DNA from: Octopus sinensis
Lineage: Eukaryota
DNA: 64,000 nucleotides
Assembly: GCF_006345805.1 (NCBI RefSeq)
Contig: NC_042999.1
Coordinates: 104,036,001 to 104,100,000, forward strand
Direction of reading: 5' to 3'
The notes under the pieces are model-generated. The model was not told the DNA's origin. It saw only the letters and a program-made list of their open reading frames with translations, and made no database searches. Position 1 is the stretch's first letter. Each line of letters begins with the position of its first letter. A program made the translations under genes and the position numbers. Of this stretch, positions 25,000 to 39,417 are shown one piece after another.

Positions 25000-25620
25000 T
25001 TTTTAGCCATTAACTATCTTCCTTGTCACCTTCTTCCATATGACACATCTGAATGGTTCAAAATGGAGAAAGGCTTGTCTTGGGGAGGGTATTGTCATTA
25101 TCTTTTTGGTTCTGTTGTTGTTTGGAGGTTTTCAGTATTGTTGTGCTTTTGTGATATGGTGGCTCTTGAATGTGGTTCTTTTTTTGCTGTTGTTACTTCT
25201 GTTGCTGTTGCTTCCACTGTTGTTATTGCTGTAGCTGATGTTACTGCTACTTTTGGAGCTGTTGGTCTAACTTGTGCAGTTCCTGTTGTGGTGATAATGC
25301 TGGCAGAAGTTGAGTTTTCCTTTTCTCTTCCTTTGTTGTGCACAGAAAGCCTTGAGATAGTTTGTGTCACCACACAAGTGACACACTGGCTCTCTGCTAT
25401 CCACATCCATGAACAGTTGTGCACTACCTGGCAGACTGATCAGGTTTGAGATGAATTGCATACTTACTTGATCTGTTTGGATCAATAGTTCCATCTCTTG
25501 GCCCAACTCTTCAGAGTTAATGTGGAATGCTTCCTTGCCTCATCCTATTTTGTAAATCTCACCTCTACCAGGCTTAACTTTTACCCCTAGCAATGTGTTT
25601 TAGTGCCCCAGATTAGTCTG
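25000..25620 (-). mobile_element. Tx1/L1-clade ORF1 relic (zinc knuckle plus Thr-rich tail)
   Basis: REPVCHLCGDTNYLKAFC followed by a Thr-rich frame. Resembles the ORF1 region at about 36000-36600. Confidence 0.6.
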
Positions 25621-26159
25621 AGACATTTTTTTATTTACTGCTGGGTTGCTTGCCCTATTTTCTGACTTTTAATTCCCATACTTTTGTGAAAAGCTGTTTT
25701 GTGGTTGGTTTCTTGCGAGATGGATTCTGATATATCTAGTAATATATTTTTGGCCAGACCTCATGAAGCAAAAATACACTGGATATGAAAAGCTCTTAAG
25801 ACCCTTTGGGAGTTTATGTAAAACACAGAATGGAATTTTTGAACATAAAGTCTTGAAAAGACACTACCACCACAATAACAACAACAACAACAATGGTTTC
25901 AAATTTTGTACAAGACCAGCTATTTAAAGGGAGGGGATAAGTTGATTATATCAACCCTTGGGCTCAACTAGTATTTATTTTATCGAAAGGCAAAGTTGAC
26001 CTCGGTGGAATTTGAACTCAATCCATAAAGAAAGGCAAAATTGCTGCTAAGCATTTTGTCCTGTGTGTTAATGATTCTACCAGCTCACTGCCTTAATAAC
26101 AACAACAACAACAAAATAAATTAATTAATTAAATATTCAAATATAAACCATAAACATAC

Positions 26160-26225
26160 CTGGTCTAAATGATGACATCTTCCTTTCAGTTGAGACCATG
26201 ATTCATCCTTGTGGTCAATCTCAGT
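26160..26225 (-). CDS. Coding exon (66 nt, phase 0-0): TEIDHKDESWSQLKGRCHHLDQ
   Basis: Poly-T acceptor ending ttcaag, 22 open codons, donor CAG|gtatgt. Lies inside ORF-track entry 26121..26411. Confidence 0.85.
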
Positions 26226-27599
26226 CTTGAAAAAAAAAAAAAAAAGGACACTTAGATATACTGAGATTAACCAACTTAAAATAGAAATAACAATCTCTCT
26301 AAGACAAAAATAAATGAAATAAATATTAACTGTGACCTCTACAAGTTCAGTAATATCTAAGTTGCTATATTTACTGCTGCTATTGCTAGTGTTATCATCT
26401 CTTACACCCATTGATATTACTATTATATAGCAATGCTATGTTGCTATGGCAGCTTTTATCAAATACTAAATCTCTGGCCTTCTATCTTTTCATTTTTATG
26501 TTTAGTCAAAGGAAGGAGTATTCTGCAAGATCTCTGAGATTTGTGGGACAAAAATATAGTCAATCTAACAGACTTCTATATGATTTCTATGAGTACAATT
26601 CCAGTCCTGTAGCATTGGTTTAGCCTAAAACTAAGGTATTAGACACTTGTTCAGATTCTGAACAGTGGAAATGAACCACATGATTGCAAAGGAAATGTTT
26701 CAACCATATAGTCATGCCTGCAACTTAATTGAAGTAGGAAGACTGCAGTAACGTTTTCCTTTACATTGGAAAGGAGTCACTCCTTCAATTGAAAAAGTGT
26801 TATGTTGTTGCTGATCAACTCAAGTCATCTTTGGTCTGAGCCAGTTTATGATCAGCTCAAATCAACTTTGGTCTGAGTCAGCTTATGATCATTGATGTTG
26901 AAATAATGAACATAAAAGCTTTTATGTATATTTAGTACTAACATTGTCCAATGTATCGTCCCTTTTAAGAGGATAGACTGTAATTTGAAGGAGTTTGATT
27001 GCTATTTCTAGCTTGTTGAGTGACCACATAGAGGCTTCTTCATGTTACCTATCCCCAGTAATACATTTAGTAATACAAGGTCTAAAATATTTCATGTGTA
27101 TCATATTTAATGTTGGGGTTTTCTTTTCTTCCCAATAAGAAAGTGGACACTAACAGAATGATGATGATGATGATGATGATTTGTTATTGCTATTGTTACT
27201 TTACAAAAAGAAATTACATAAATTTTAAAAATTTTACTTTATTCTTTTACTGATTACTGTATTTTTGTTTTTTGATCTGGAGTCATTCTTTGGAACAGCT
27301 TTAAGGGGTTTATTGTAGATTATTGTATCTTAATTCTTACATTATCAGTCCCCACCCGCTTTACTTAATCTCCCTGTAAGTTCCTTTCTGTTAATCAAAC
27401 ACAGCAGGATGGTACAAAGATAGGGAAGCAGACAGACAGGAGGTAGGGGATATTTAACAAAATGTTATTTTGTAGGTTTGTTATTTGTATTTATTCATTT
27501 ATTTATATTTTTATTCTATTTTTATCAGATAAAACCTAAGTCATATTGGATACCCAAACATTTTAAGTCATGTTAGATAAAAATGTATAAGCTGATATA

Positions 27600-28115
27600 T
27601 TTGTATCTATAGCCAAATCTATGTATGCAAAATATCATCATATCATACATGCACACATATACCTCTATATACATATTCACATATATATGTTTGTGTATAT
27701 CTGTGTGCATGTGTGTATACATACATACATACATACATACATACATACATTCATATATATATACATATATATATATGTGTGTATATATGTGTGTATGTAT
27801 GTATGTATATATATACATATATATACATACACACACACTCATACTTATATACATTTGTATGCATACATACATACACACATACATACATACATATATGAGT
27901 GTGTGTGTATGTATGTATATGTCTGTATATATATATGTATGATGCATATTTTTAAATATATATATATGTATGTATACATATTTTTTAAATATATAAATAT
28001 ATATGTATATATATCTGTATATGTATGTATGTTTGTATGTATGTGTGTATGTATGTATGTATGTATGTATGTGTATATATATATTTATATGTATGTATAT
28101 GTGTGTATATATATA

Positions 28116-28164
<49 letters not shown>

Positions 28165-28230
28165 ATATATATATATGTATACATACATGCATACATATAT
28201 ACATACATTCATATAAATAGATATACATAC

Positions 28231-28300
<70 letters not shown>
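27600..28300. repeat. Long compound TA/TATG/CA microsatellite field
   Basis: Direct reading. It explains the Y/I/M/C/V-rich spurious ORFs here. Confidence 0.95.
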
Positions 28301-28305
<5 letters not shown>

Positions 28306-28734
28306 ATGAAACAATATATTAATGGTTATGGCATAAATTGGTCAGAATGTTACTGTCACTTTTGAAATATAGATGACTCTTCAGACATGCATACATACAT
28401 ACATACATGATGATTGCTCCATCTTCATAGATGATCGCTATCACCTTGTGCTTCCTTGTTGTCAATGGCATTTCTGACTTTCTGTCCATGACCTCTCAGA
28501 TGACCATTCAGTTTCCTTGCATATCTGCATGGTTTGAAGCATAGGTGACTGTTGAAAGTTGTAACTAAGCGTGCATTTCCAATTGGTTAGGATTACACAT
28601 GTTGACACTCTTCCATCACCATAAGTTTCAGTAGATGGAATAACAAATGAGGTCAACATAAAGAGTCATCTGAGATACCTACACATACATACATACATAC
28701 ATATATAGACAGGTAGTAATGCTACGTATTTCTG

Positions 28735-28769
<35 letters not shown>

Positions 28770-30054
28770 ATTTATTTACATGGAGCATAAAAATGTACAG
28801 AAAAATATGAAGAATATATGTAATTTCTTAATTCAACAGCTGTTTCAGGAAGCTCAGAATTATGTAATAATTATAATAGTCATAATTTGCAGATGAAACA
28901 TGCAAAAATGTTATGGGTGTGCAACCAGTCACAGGGAGATATTAGAATAAGTCCCATTCTCCTCATCAAGAGAAGATTGGCAAAAACAATTCATATAGCA
29001 GTACCAACAAATATAAAAAGATGAATGAAGGAACAGAGGTAGAACAGAAAAAAAAAATCGAGAGAGAGAGAGAGTGGGGGTAGTGATGGGAAAAAGTTGA
29101 AATTAAAGTCAGTCTGGTGGAAGGAAATGTCACTGGTGGTCAAGGTAATCTATCTAAGAAGACTACAAATCAGTTAGAGATGGCAGCTGATCAGTCAGAG
29201 AGACAGGAAGGCATCAGCAATGAAGGAAAGGAGTAGACACTACTCCTATATTTGTGTGTGTGTGTGTGAAGACATGTAGTCCAGTGGTTAGGGTATTGTA
29301 TTCATGATTGCAAGATTGTGGTTTTAGTTACTGGAACAGGTGATACATTGTGTTCTTGAGCAGCATATAGTTTCACTTTGATAAATAGATATTTATCTCT
29401 CCACTTTGAAGATGGAGGCTGGATCTACCCAATATTTATATGCTTCCACTACTGGTTGCATATTTCTGTAAACTACATCTGCTAAAATTATGAAGTAATT
29501 CCAAGCCCTCAGAAACAGCTGTTGGACCTGTAACACCAAACCTTTTCTCTTCTGCTCTGTTAATATATAAATATCTATATATTTATACATGAATATTCAT
29601 TGTCCAAAATTTTTCAGTCTTTGCTTTCTCTCTATTTACATGTATACATGTATGTATTTTCTGTATATCTAACCCAAACAATCTTATTTGCATCATTTGC
29701 ATCATTATCTCTATATCTGTTCACCTGGATTCCTCTTATAGCCATTCTTTACCCCACAGAATTAGTCATTGGTAAAAATTTTGGAGTGTAAGTTCAATCA
29801 TTTGAGCTCCACTGTCTTCTATATTAAGCTTCTCTGGATCTCATCTGTTGACTCTCTGTGTGTGTACATACATACATATATATATATATCATCATCATCA
29901 TTTAATGTCCATTGTCCAAGTTGGTATGGGTTATATATGTATTTTATATATCTATGGGTTGGACCTGGTATCCTGCCTGCATGGAAAATGGACGTTAAGT
30001 GATGATGATGAGGATGATATATATTATATATGTATATATTTACATACACATGTA

Positions 30055-30305
30055 CAATAATTCCTCATCATATTGCGGTTCACCTATCATGGTTCACCTA
30101 TCGCAGTTCATGTATTGTGGTTTATTATTTAAACTTACATTGATTCCTCTGTGGTGCTGTTTTGCATTTATAACAAAAGAAATATATATAAATCATAAAA
30201 ATGATAAAAAATAATATACAGTACAGTATTGTGTCTACTTTGTGAATTTTTACCTATCGTAGGGGGTTTTGCAACGTAACACCTGCAATAGTCAAGGAAT
30301 TACTG
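30055..30305. mobile_element. pogo/Tigger-type MITE
   Basis: TA|caataattcctc ... aaggaattactg|TA termini, with gcggttcacctatc and cctatcgtagggggttttgcaacgtaac subterminal motifs typical of Tigger-like elements. Confidence 0.65.
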
Positions 30306-30332
30306 TATACATTTCTAATCTATTTACTCATG

Positions 30333-30392
<60 letters not shown>

Positions 30393-31855
30393 AAATAAGC
30401 AACTGGAGTGAGACAGCATGTTCTTTGCCTACCTCCTTAACTTCTTGGAGATTTTAGGTATAATTATATTAATGTGTCCATCTGTTCTAAATCAATTAAA
30501 TTCTGTCTTTGTGCAGTTGAAGATTGCTTTGCATTTTAAATTGATGTAATGATTGCATTGTTCAATTAAATGGAGTTGCATTAAACAATTGTACTGCATT
30601 ACCTCTGGATATCCTTGTTGCTTATTTTGATTTTAATCACCTTATTTTGAAATTGTATGGATAATACTGTACTAAATTCTGGTGCCTCAACTTAAGTACC
30701 ATATTCATCTGAATCTAAATTTATATATATATGTATGTATGTATGTATGTGGAATGCAGATATTTTTGTGAATGTAGATATTTTTTGAGTGTCTGGTATA
30801 TGTATATATGTATGTATGTATGTATATACATACACTCACAAAAACCTGCACATTTATACACATATATACTCATAAACACATCCATGATTGCATCTGAAGC
30901 AGATATTTCCTTTGCTATTCTCCCGCACCTATTTTATATTTTTATTCATTTTATTACTTATCAGCTTGTTTGTGTAACAAAGTTCACATTGACATTGAAA
31001 GTTTGGAAACTGCTGTCACAAAAAATACTTCTAGGAAACTACGACCAAAAAAGTTCTGTTAGCTTTTAGGAGAAGTCTGGTATTACTACTGGAAGCAAGG
31101 TGCAAAATGGCTTTTGAAGAAAAACAGATTTTCTGTCCTATATTAACAAAAGTATTTGTGATTCTGCTGATATACTCAATACCTCTCTCTTGTAATTTTT
31201 TCTCTTTATAGTTTATCATATTTTGGCAGTCCTATCTATCAACTTACAAACTTACCCTATACACTGAAAAGCAGCTAAAAAAATATCCAGATAACAGGAA
31301 TCCCAGGAGGGAATTAACATTTTCAGGAATGTAGTACAATTAAATCCAACTAAAGATCCAATCTTTCGTGATATAGGAGTGATTAAAAAAATTGCTGTTA
31401 AGTACATTTATTTCTTTAGGCCAAACAAAAGACTGATGTTCATAAGTAACAAAGGTTGTAGGTTTGGCTAAATTAGTTTTAGTGCATTACTAGGAACCTC
31501 TATGTGGTGGGCATTCAGCCTGCTAGAAATACCAGCCAAATATTTTCCAAACCACAATAATGAAAACAAAGGATGTTCTAGATGAATTTTTGATCATAGG
31601 TCTGTTTAGTCAAAGGTGATTTGGGGCTAAACACCACCACCACTACCATCACTACCACTACCATCACTACCACTACCATCACCACCACCATTATTATTAT
31701 TATTAGCAGCAGCAGCAGAGGCAGCAGCAATGAAGGTAGCAACAGTAAGAGAGCAGAAAGATAATTGCAATTGGTTCATTCAGAAGATGAGGATGATGAG
31801 GTAGAGATCTACTTCCCATCACATCATAAATAGAAAATTAAAACATGTATCTTAC

Positions 31856-31927
31856 CTTCAATTTATCTATAATCTCTTCCTGTTTTTCTCTCTCATTCAA
31901 ATGATCATGTTTCTTACTTTCCAAACT
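31856..31927 (-). CDS. Coding exon (72 nt, phase 0-0): SLESKKHDHLNEREKQEEIIDKLK
   Basis: Acceptor cctattttaatttcag, 24 open codons, donor AAG|gtaaga. Joins in frame with the neighbouring exons. Confidence 0.85.
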
Positions 31928-31954
31928 CTGAAATTAAAATAGGAGGTGAGAGAA

Positions 31955-32211
<257 letters not shown>

Positions 32212-32217
<6 letters not shown>

Positions 32218-33905
32218 CCACCTTTTCTATATGGACGACCTAAAGCTGTTTGCCAGGAATGACCAAGAGCTAGAAGGGCTGCTAACAACTGTTAAAGAGT
32301 TTAGCAATGATATCGGAATGGATTTTGACCTTGATAAGTGTGCTAAAGCAACTTTTGTAAGAGGCAAGCTCAGGCAAACAGCTTCTGTTAAATTAGATAT
32401 TGACACTACCATCAAGGAACTTGACCCACAGGAAAGTTACAAATACCTAGGAATGCTACTATGAAGGAAAAAATAAGAAAGGAATACTATAGGAGAATAA
32501 GGCTTGTACTGAAGATTGAACTCAACTCCAAAAATTGCATTGAGGCCATTAACACCCTGGCACTTCCAGTAGTCCAGTACAGTTTTAACATCATTAACTG
32601 GAACCTTACGGAACTCCAACAGTTGGACAGGAAGACAAGAAAGTTACTGACATCCAAGAGCATGCACCACCCTAAGGCAGATGTAGACCGCTTGTACCTA
32701 CCTAGAAGCAGCGGGGGGGAGAGGAATGATGCAATTAGAGCTGTGCTATAAGACCTCTACTGTAGGAATGAACAGGTACCTATCTAGTACAAAGGACTGG
32801 ATGCTGCGACTTGTGTGCGAACACGAAAGCAGCAAAAAGCTACATTCTATTGTCAAGGAAGCTTATAAGTTCGAAAGGGAACTAGACATTACCTTGAATC
32901 AGATGAAGAGCCGGAAACCACTGCTACCAAGCAAGCAAAGCGAATCAAGCAGACTGCAAAAAAGAACGGGCAGAATCAAATTGAGAGGCGGTGGAGCCAG
33001 AAGCCCCTGCATGGACAATATATTCTCCGAAGCCCAAATGCTGATGTAGACCAAGCAACAACCCATCAGTGGCTGAAGAGCTCTGGATTGAAAGCAGAGA
33101 CTGAAGGTTTCATATGGCAGCACAAGATCAAAGCTTGTTTACCAGAAATTACCAGGCTAACGTTCTCCGAAACGGTACTGACCCTAAATGCAGATTCTGC
33201 GACACATTTGACGAAACGATAGACCATCTCGTTTCGGGATGTCCTGTGCTGACACCAAACGTATACAAAAATCGCCACGATAGGGTAGGACAGTATATAC
33301 ATTGGAAGATATGTAAACACTGCAAATCCGACACTCCTGCTAACTGGTATGAACACCATCCTCAGCCAGTTGTTGAAGGTAAAGATGTCACCATCCTCTG
33401 GGATTTTCCAGTCAACACTGACAGAACGATCAAGGCTAATCGACCAGACATAATTGTTAAAGACAGGGAAGAAAATACCTGCAGACTAATAGAAGTAAGC
33501 GTCCCCACTGATAAAAATGTATCTGTCAAGGAATTTGACAAACTTAGTAAATACAAGGACCTGAAATCGAAATACAGAGGATGTGGAATCTTAAAACAAA
33601 AACTGTTCCTGTTATTGTAGGTGCCCTAGGTATGATAAAAAAGGGATGTCAGAAACACCTAGACAATATCCCTGGAAAACCATGTCTCAAGGAAATCCAA
33701 AAGATTGTGCTAACAAGTACTGCCCCATCCTTAGAAAAACCCTATCAATGTAAATGTTTGTGTTTGCATTACATGGAGATATATATCTACTTCCCCTCCC
33801 CAAGCTTTCAGCTATATTTCAACAACTCTTAACCTTCACTTGCCCTAGGGCACCGGTGTGCCCCGACAGGTGATTGCATCAAACATGCAGATTAAAAGTA
33901 AATGA
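32212..33905 (+). mobile_element. 5'-truncated R4/Dong-clade retrotransposon (RT C-half, CCHC, REL endonuclease) inside a (TAA)n tract
   Basis: HLFYMDDLKLF, YKYLG, DRLYLPR..GG, CRFC...ETIDHLVSGC, RHD, RPDIIV and KLSKYKDL, spread over frameshifted ORFs 32153-33832. (AAT)n on both sides. Confidence 0.9.
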
Positions 33906-33910
33906 CAATG

Positions 33911-33946
<36 letters not shown>

Positions 33947-34149
33947 TCAACAACAACAACAGCCACAACAATAACAATAATAATAATAATTATTATTATT
34001 ATTTCTTTTATTTTCTGCCAGGGTGATGAATAAGGCATAAAGGGTTGGGGTTTACAAAGAATGAAATGATAAAAAAAAATGTAGAAAGTATGCGGCAGGT
34101 ACAAAATAAGAAAATATACATAGTATACATCAGTTAGAAAAAGGATGAA

Positions 34150-36760
34150 GATGATGTGATCCTCCTGATACAGGAGGACGTCTAGGGACAACCATACCCC
34201 TCCCCCCATCAAAGATCTCACTGAACTCCTTGAACTCCAAAGGTAAGTGCCCTCTCCACTTTCTGTTCTCCAACTTACAGGCCTACACTTAGAGCAGTGT
34301 CATCCACTTTGCCATTTTTGCATCTTCCACCCACCTTTCAATAAATTCTGTTGATGATAACACATCCCTCTCAATCTTCCCTTTTCTTTTCAAATGAACC
34401 TTGAAGAAGTCAATGAGGAATCAACCAAAGAAGAAGAATGGCTCTGTCCTCATACCTTTCAGCCTTGATCACCAGATAAAGGAAAAATGCTTTACCTGTC
34501 CTATTAGACAAAGGCAGTGGGGCAATCATAACTAAGGCATTGGCTGATAGATGAATCTGTCTCACATGCAACAGCAGCTGTTCAACATAACTTCACAAGA
34601 CAGCAATGCATAGACATTGAACAAGTGTGTGAAGAATAGTTTTGTTGCTCTGCGAATACCTCAGACAAGCCCACCTTTAGTTCCTTTGTGTGTGACTACG
34701 CAGCCTTCATGTTTCAACTGAAAAAAATGTTCAAGGGTCATTTTCACAGCTAGTACATCAGTCACTATGCCTTTACTAAACACCTCTTCTAGGTTGCTCA
34801 TGAGTTTTCCCCTCTAATCTATTTCTTTCTACAGCTAGTTCTTTGCTAAATACTATTGATTCTATCCTCTTTAGGGTGGCCAGTTGTTGACAGTTGCCCC
34901 TATCAACTACTGCTTGACTTGTTCACTAATCCAGTCCCTGTAGTCTTTGCAAGCTGGGAAGGATGCACCCAACTTCCAATATCTGGATCCTTGTCTATTA
35001 GTCTTACTAAATTGACTGTGCAGATCACAAATTTGTGGTCTGTGTTGCTGACTAGTTTAATCTGTGGACATCCCCTGCTATCCCTATCTACAGACCTAAT
35101 AAATACTCTATTGTGATCTGGATGACCTGCTGTCCACACTGGCACTTCAGGGAAATCCTGTCAATACCTGGCAGACAGTTGGAAACAGGTTTTTGAGGCG
35201 TTTGCATTCCCTTCTGCTATACACTAACCCAACACAATCATTCTGTGCATTCAATGTACAATTCCAGCTTTCCACTAGTACTACAGTATGAGACATTTCC
35301 AGGAATGTTTCTGGACACCTGAAGAAATCTGGCCTTCCAGCTCCTATTGGGGCATAAATGACCACCAGAGTAAATGCATCACCTTCACTGCCATTCACAC
35401 CTGGGACCACTAGTCTACTGACAATGTCCAAGAAGATTGCCTTTATTTTGAGACTTATGGACTTTTGGAATAGCACTGCTACCCTGCTACCCACTTACAA
35501 CAGACCACAAGTTAGGAATATCTCAGCTGTTGAATATGGGTGCTCATGTGTGCATACTAAAAATCCTGGTCTTGCTGATGGTATAGCCATTTAGGCTAGA
35601 GAAAAGAAAATGAAATTATTTTACCTTTATCTTTGTGGATGGCTGTTGAAACAGCCTTCTCTTTGGTTGAGGAGGGAGCGGGGAAAATTTTCTCTAGTAA
35701 GCTGTTTTGGGGTACTTACTTAACTGATGTCCTGGGGGAATTTCTCTTTTAAGTCCAGATACATATTGACATTAATTTGTATTAGTATTCTGTTTGATGG
35801 TGTTTTTGGAAGGCGTTCAGCAAAACCTACCCCTCTTGTTGAAATATTTTTGTTGTTAGTTACTCTACTGAACAACAGTGAAATTGATAAAGGAAAAGGT
35901 TATATGAATGGGTGACTGTTGGTCATTTTGTAGTTTGGGTGTTTCTTTTTTGTTTACATGATTTTTTAAAATTCATTTGTGGTTGTGAAAGTAATTGTAA
36001 AAGTTGGTCCTCTTGTTCTGGTGGTGTTGATGTTTTTGGTGTTTGATTTTATAACAAATTTTCTATATCACCATCATATCTTATTACTGTCTCCAGTTTG
36101 GGCCGACCTCTATTTATTTGAGTTTGAGTCTTTCTTTCATCCTCAACAAAGGCCTTGTGGTGAGATTTCAACTAAACCTTCTCATAACAAGATATTTGCT
36201 TCTGTGAAGCCTTAGTCAGAGGAAAGGGGCAGAAGTGTGCTAATTTTTCTGTCTTCACCTACTGTTTGAAGAAGGGATTTTTCCTGTGGAGTTGGTAATA
36301 ATGGTGGAGAGCATTCTGCTTTCTCCACCATGGGTTAAAAGGCTTTGAGGTAGTTTGAATTCCCACACATGAAACATTTAGGTGTCCTTCTCTCTATAAA
36401 CAATGGTATCTGCTCATATTCCCCGAAACAAGGAAAAATCAGGAATGTGATTGATTTCTTATGGAGAAACCAGTATCTGAAATTCCATTGTAATTCTAGT
36501 CCTCTTGATGTTATGAGGTGGACTTCACCAACACAATCTTGCCATGCTCTTCCAGAATGGCTAAGACTCTTGCCAGAACTTGATGAACCAGTATGATCTT
36601 GACTTGAATTCAAGTCAACCTTTCACCCATATAATGGGGAATTGCATGTAATTGTCTGTGAAGTGCAATTAATTGTTACCATTCTTTAGGCTCCTTGCAT
36701 ATAGCAGCTACTGTCATGTACTGTTTTCCTTTGTATATATGTAACACTGAGGGCCACACA
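34150..36760 (-). mobile_element. Decayed, internally deleted Tx1/L1-clade LINE
   Basis: ORF1 knuckle PKCFMCGNSNYLKAF (36335..36613). APE endonuclease motifs LVVIYAP, VLVESWN and TDHK (34903..35494). C-terminal STEFIERW-like codons near 34330. The RT core is not seen. Confidence 0.75.
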
Positions 36761-37089
36761 CCTAGGTGACATTTTTCAGTTTCTGCCAGAGCAGGAAATT
36801 TAAGTTTTCTCTCCTTGTGAAAATCTTATGACTTTGAGATTTTGATGATGTGATTGTATATTTTTAGCTTGACATTGTAGATTAAGTGTCAGAAGCTGGA
36901 TCTAGCCAGTTTGAACATGAAACATGTAGGATATTTTGCCAGGATATGGCTGGTTTAAATGCTAAAGAGTTAATTCACATGTCGAGGTTAGATACTCATG
37001 CTTAGATACAATTACTTCCAACATTACATGCTCAATAGATGCCACCATGCATCCCATGCTTGAACCTGTAATTTCTGAAATCCTACCAG

Positions 37090-37510
37090 CTGCCCACTGG
37101 GATGATTCTACTTTACAAAGACTGTGGTCTATAGAGCCACCCTCACACCAACCAGTGACCTTACAAGACACTACACTGGCATGATGCACTTTAAGGAAAG
37201 ATACACACTACACATGCACTCCTTCAGGTGTAGGGATAGGGAAAATGTCACCTCTCTGTTCTGCTTCATTTGAAGATGCTGGTATCACTTCCCCAACATC
37301 ACATGGAGCATATACGATAAGGCAACCTCCTTACTCACCTGGGGTTTGTAATTGCCAACTCTGCCTCCATAAGAAACTGCACATACTGCACCAGCCTGCA
37401 GTATCTATTAATAGAAGAAAAAATGACCTATCTTATTGTTGCCACCAGATGTATACCCTGTTAATAATCTTCAAAGCATTGACTGCTGATAACCCTTATA
37501 TTCTGGCCTA
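37090..37510 (+). mobile_element. Penelope-like element GIY-YIG endonuclease relic
   Basis: CPLG...VVYRATL...HYTG...FKERYTLHMHSFR and PYSPG..CQLCLHKKL...INRR.NDL...CH. Confidence 0.7.
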
Positions 37511-38030
37511 GGCCTAGTTGGCCCATATATAATGATAGGATGAACAAACTACTACTGCCCAATTAGGTTACAGTCTACTATAACTCATGTCAGTCATGCA
37601 AATTTATATATAACCTGACACCATCAAATTAGTTATCTCCCTTCGTGATAACTATTGTCACTGAAATAACAAACTTTACAGATTGATGATGACATTTTGT
37701 CACTTCAGTCATATGCAGTATTCAATGTAAAGAGCTGATGTATCTGAAATATCACATTCTGCAGAATGCTAACAAAATGACACCAATATCCTGTCTGATT
37801 CACCACATGGACCTATCAAGAAAATAACTGATGCTGCTATGATAGCGAAAGTAAGTACATCACCTGAACTTACTATGAAGGCTTAAATACTTTCCCTCAA
37901 AAGGTCTTTTAAATTCTCTTCACCCCCTCCTCCAAACATTTGATGATGTGGACATCATGTGCACCCACAAAACTTTAAGTAATGTGGAGCTGAATCAAAC
38001 TATCACTGTGTGTGTGTGTGCGCACGTGTG

Positions 38031-38092
<62 letters not shown>

Positions 38093-39417
38093 ACATGTGC
38101 ATGTGTGTGTACATATGTATGTCTGTCTGTCTGTCTGTATGTATGTATGTGTGTGTCTGACAGTCTGATTTGGCTTTGTTTTTATGGCTGGATGCCCTTT
38201 CTAATGCCAACCACTCCAACAGTGTAGTGGGTGCTTTTCACATTCCAGTTACGTAACACTGGCATTGGCCATGACTACAATCTCATTTGGCTCGACAAGT
38301 CTTCTTGAACTTGAACATGGTATATTGCTAAAGGTGTTACACACACACACATGCACATTCACACACTTGTTTATGGCTGGCTCTTAGAGCTTCTGGGAAC
38401 TAATTTACTCACAAGACATTGGTTGCTCAATATGAGGTCTTCATAGAAGACACCTGATCACACTACCCTGCAGTGGAAATGAACCCTAAACTACATAGGT
38501 ATGAAGGGTACTTCTTAACCACATGTCCATGCCTGCCTGTATTTTGAAATGGCTGTACAACATAAGATCAGCCTTCATCACTTTCTCCCTTGTATTTATT
38601 GATCTTCCTCTTCTAGAAGTGCTTTCCACTTACATCATTTGGAACTCGTTTGTACAACTGTTATATGTGCTATATGGCATTTTATCTACTGCTTTTGCTG
38701 ATTCTGCCAAATCCACCACACTTCATGTCTGATGAAATTATAGCAATGTTACTGTCTATCAAAAAAGATTCAATGAAATTATACTAAAAAATAATAAATA
38801 ACAGCAAAAAACATTTATTTTAAATTCAATAGATGCAGTTAATCCAATTAGATATCTAGTAAGCTTCGTTAATCAGTTAATGCTGATCACATTCTCAACA
38901 AGGCTGAATATCTTAATCGACAAATGACATAATTCCTGTTCAAAAGGTCAACATGTCCTAATTTATGGATGTTGCAATTTTAAACCTAGCTCTTCCTAAC
39001 CATCACTCAAAAAACAAAAGTTGAAATTTAATTTAATACTGACGTTCTTGATTGAAGGCGGATGATGTTAGATACATACACATACATATATGTGTAGGTG
39101 CATGTGCACACACATACACACACACACATACGCACACACATACACACACAAAACATGGTTTCAGACTCAATTACACAGTATGATACCTTGGGCAAGTGTC
39201 TTCTACTTTAGCTCTAGGCTGACTAAAGCCATGAGGGTAGATTTGGTAGATAGAAACTGAAAGAAGCCTGTTAGATGCATATATATATATATATATATAT
39301 AAGTGTGTGTGTGTGTATGTATGTATATATATGTATATGTGTGTGCATATATGTATGTGTGCATATATATGTATATCTATCAGTCTATCAAACTATGTGT
39401 ATGAACACACGAACATA

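Noticed and set aside
25098-25424. Thr-rich ORF as a host mucin-like exon
   Set aside because: It follows a Tx1-like zinc knuckle in another frame, lacks convincing splice sites, and resembles the ORF1 tail near 36 kb.
27573-28365. Many overlapping ORFs of 60-199 aa (also near 17.4, 31.9, 52.2 and 55.9 kb)
   Set aside because: They are translations of microsatellites (YI, CV, HT, poly-I/L), not genes.
31250-31400. Open minus-strand frame ending at a GTAAGT donor
   Set aside because: Its phase is incompatible with the phase-0 neighbours, the acceptor is weak and the composition is unlike the protein.
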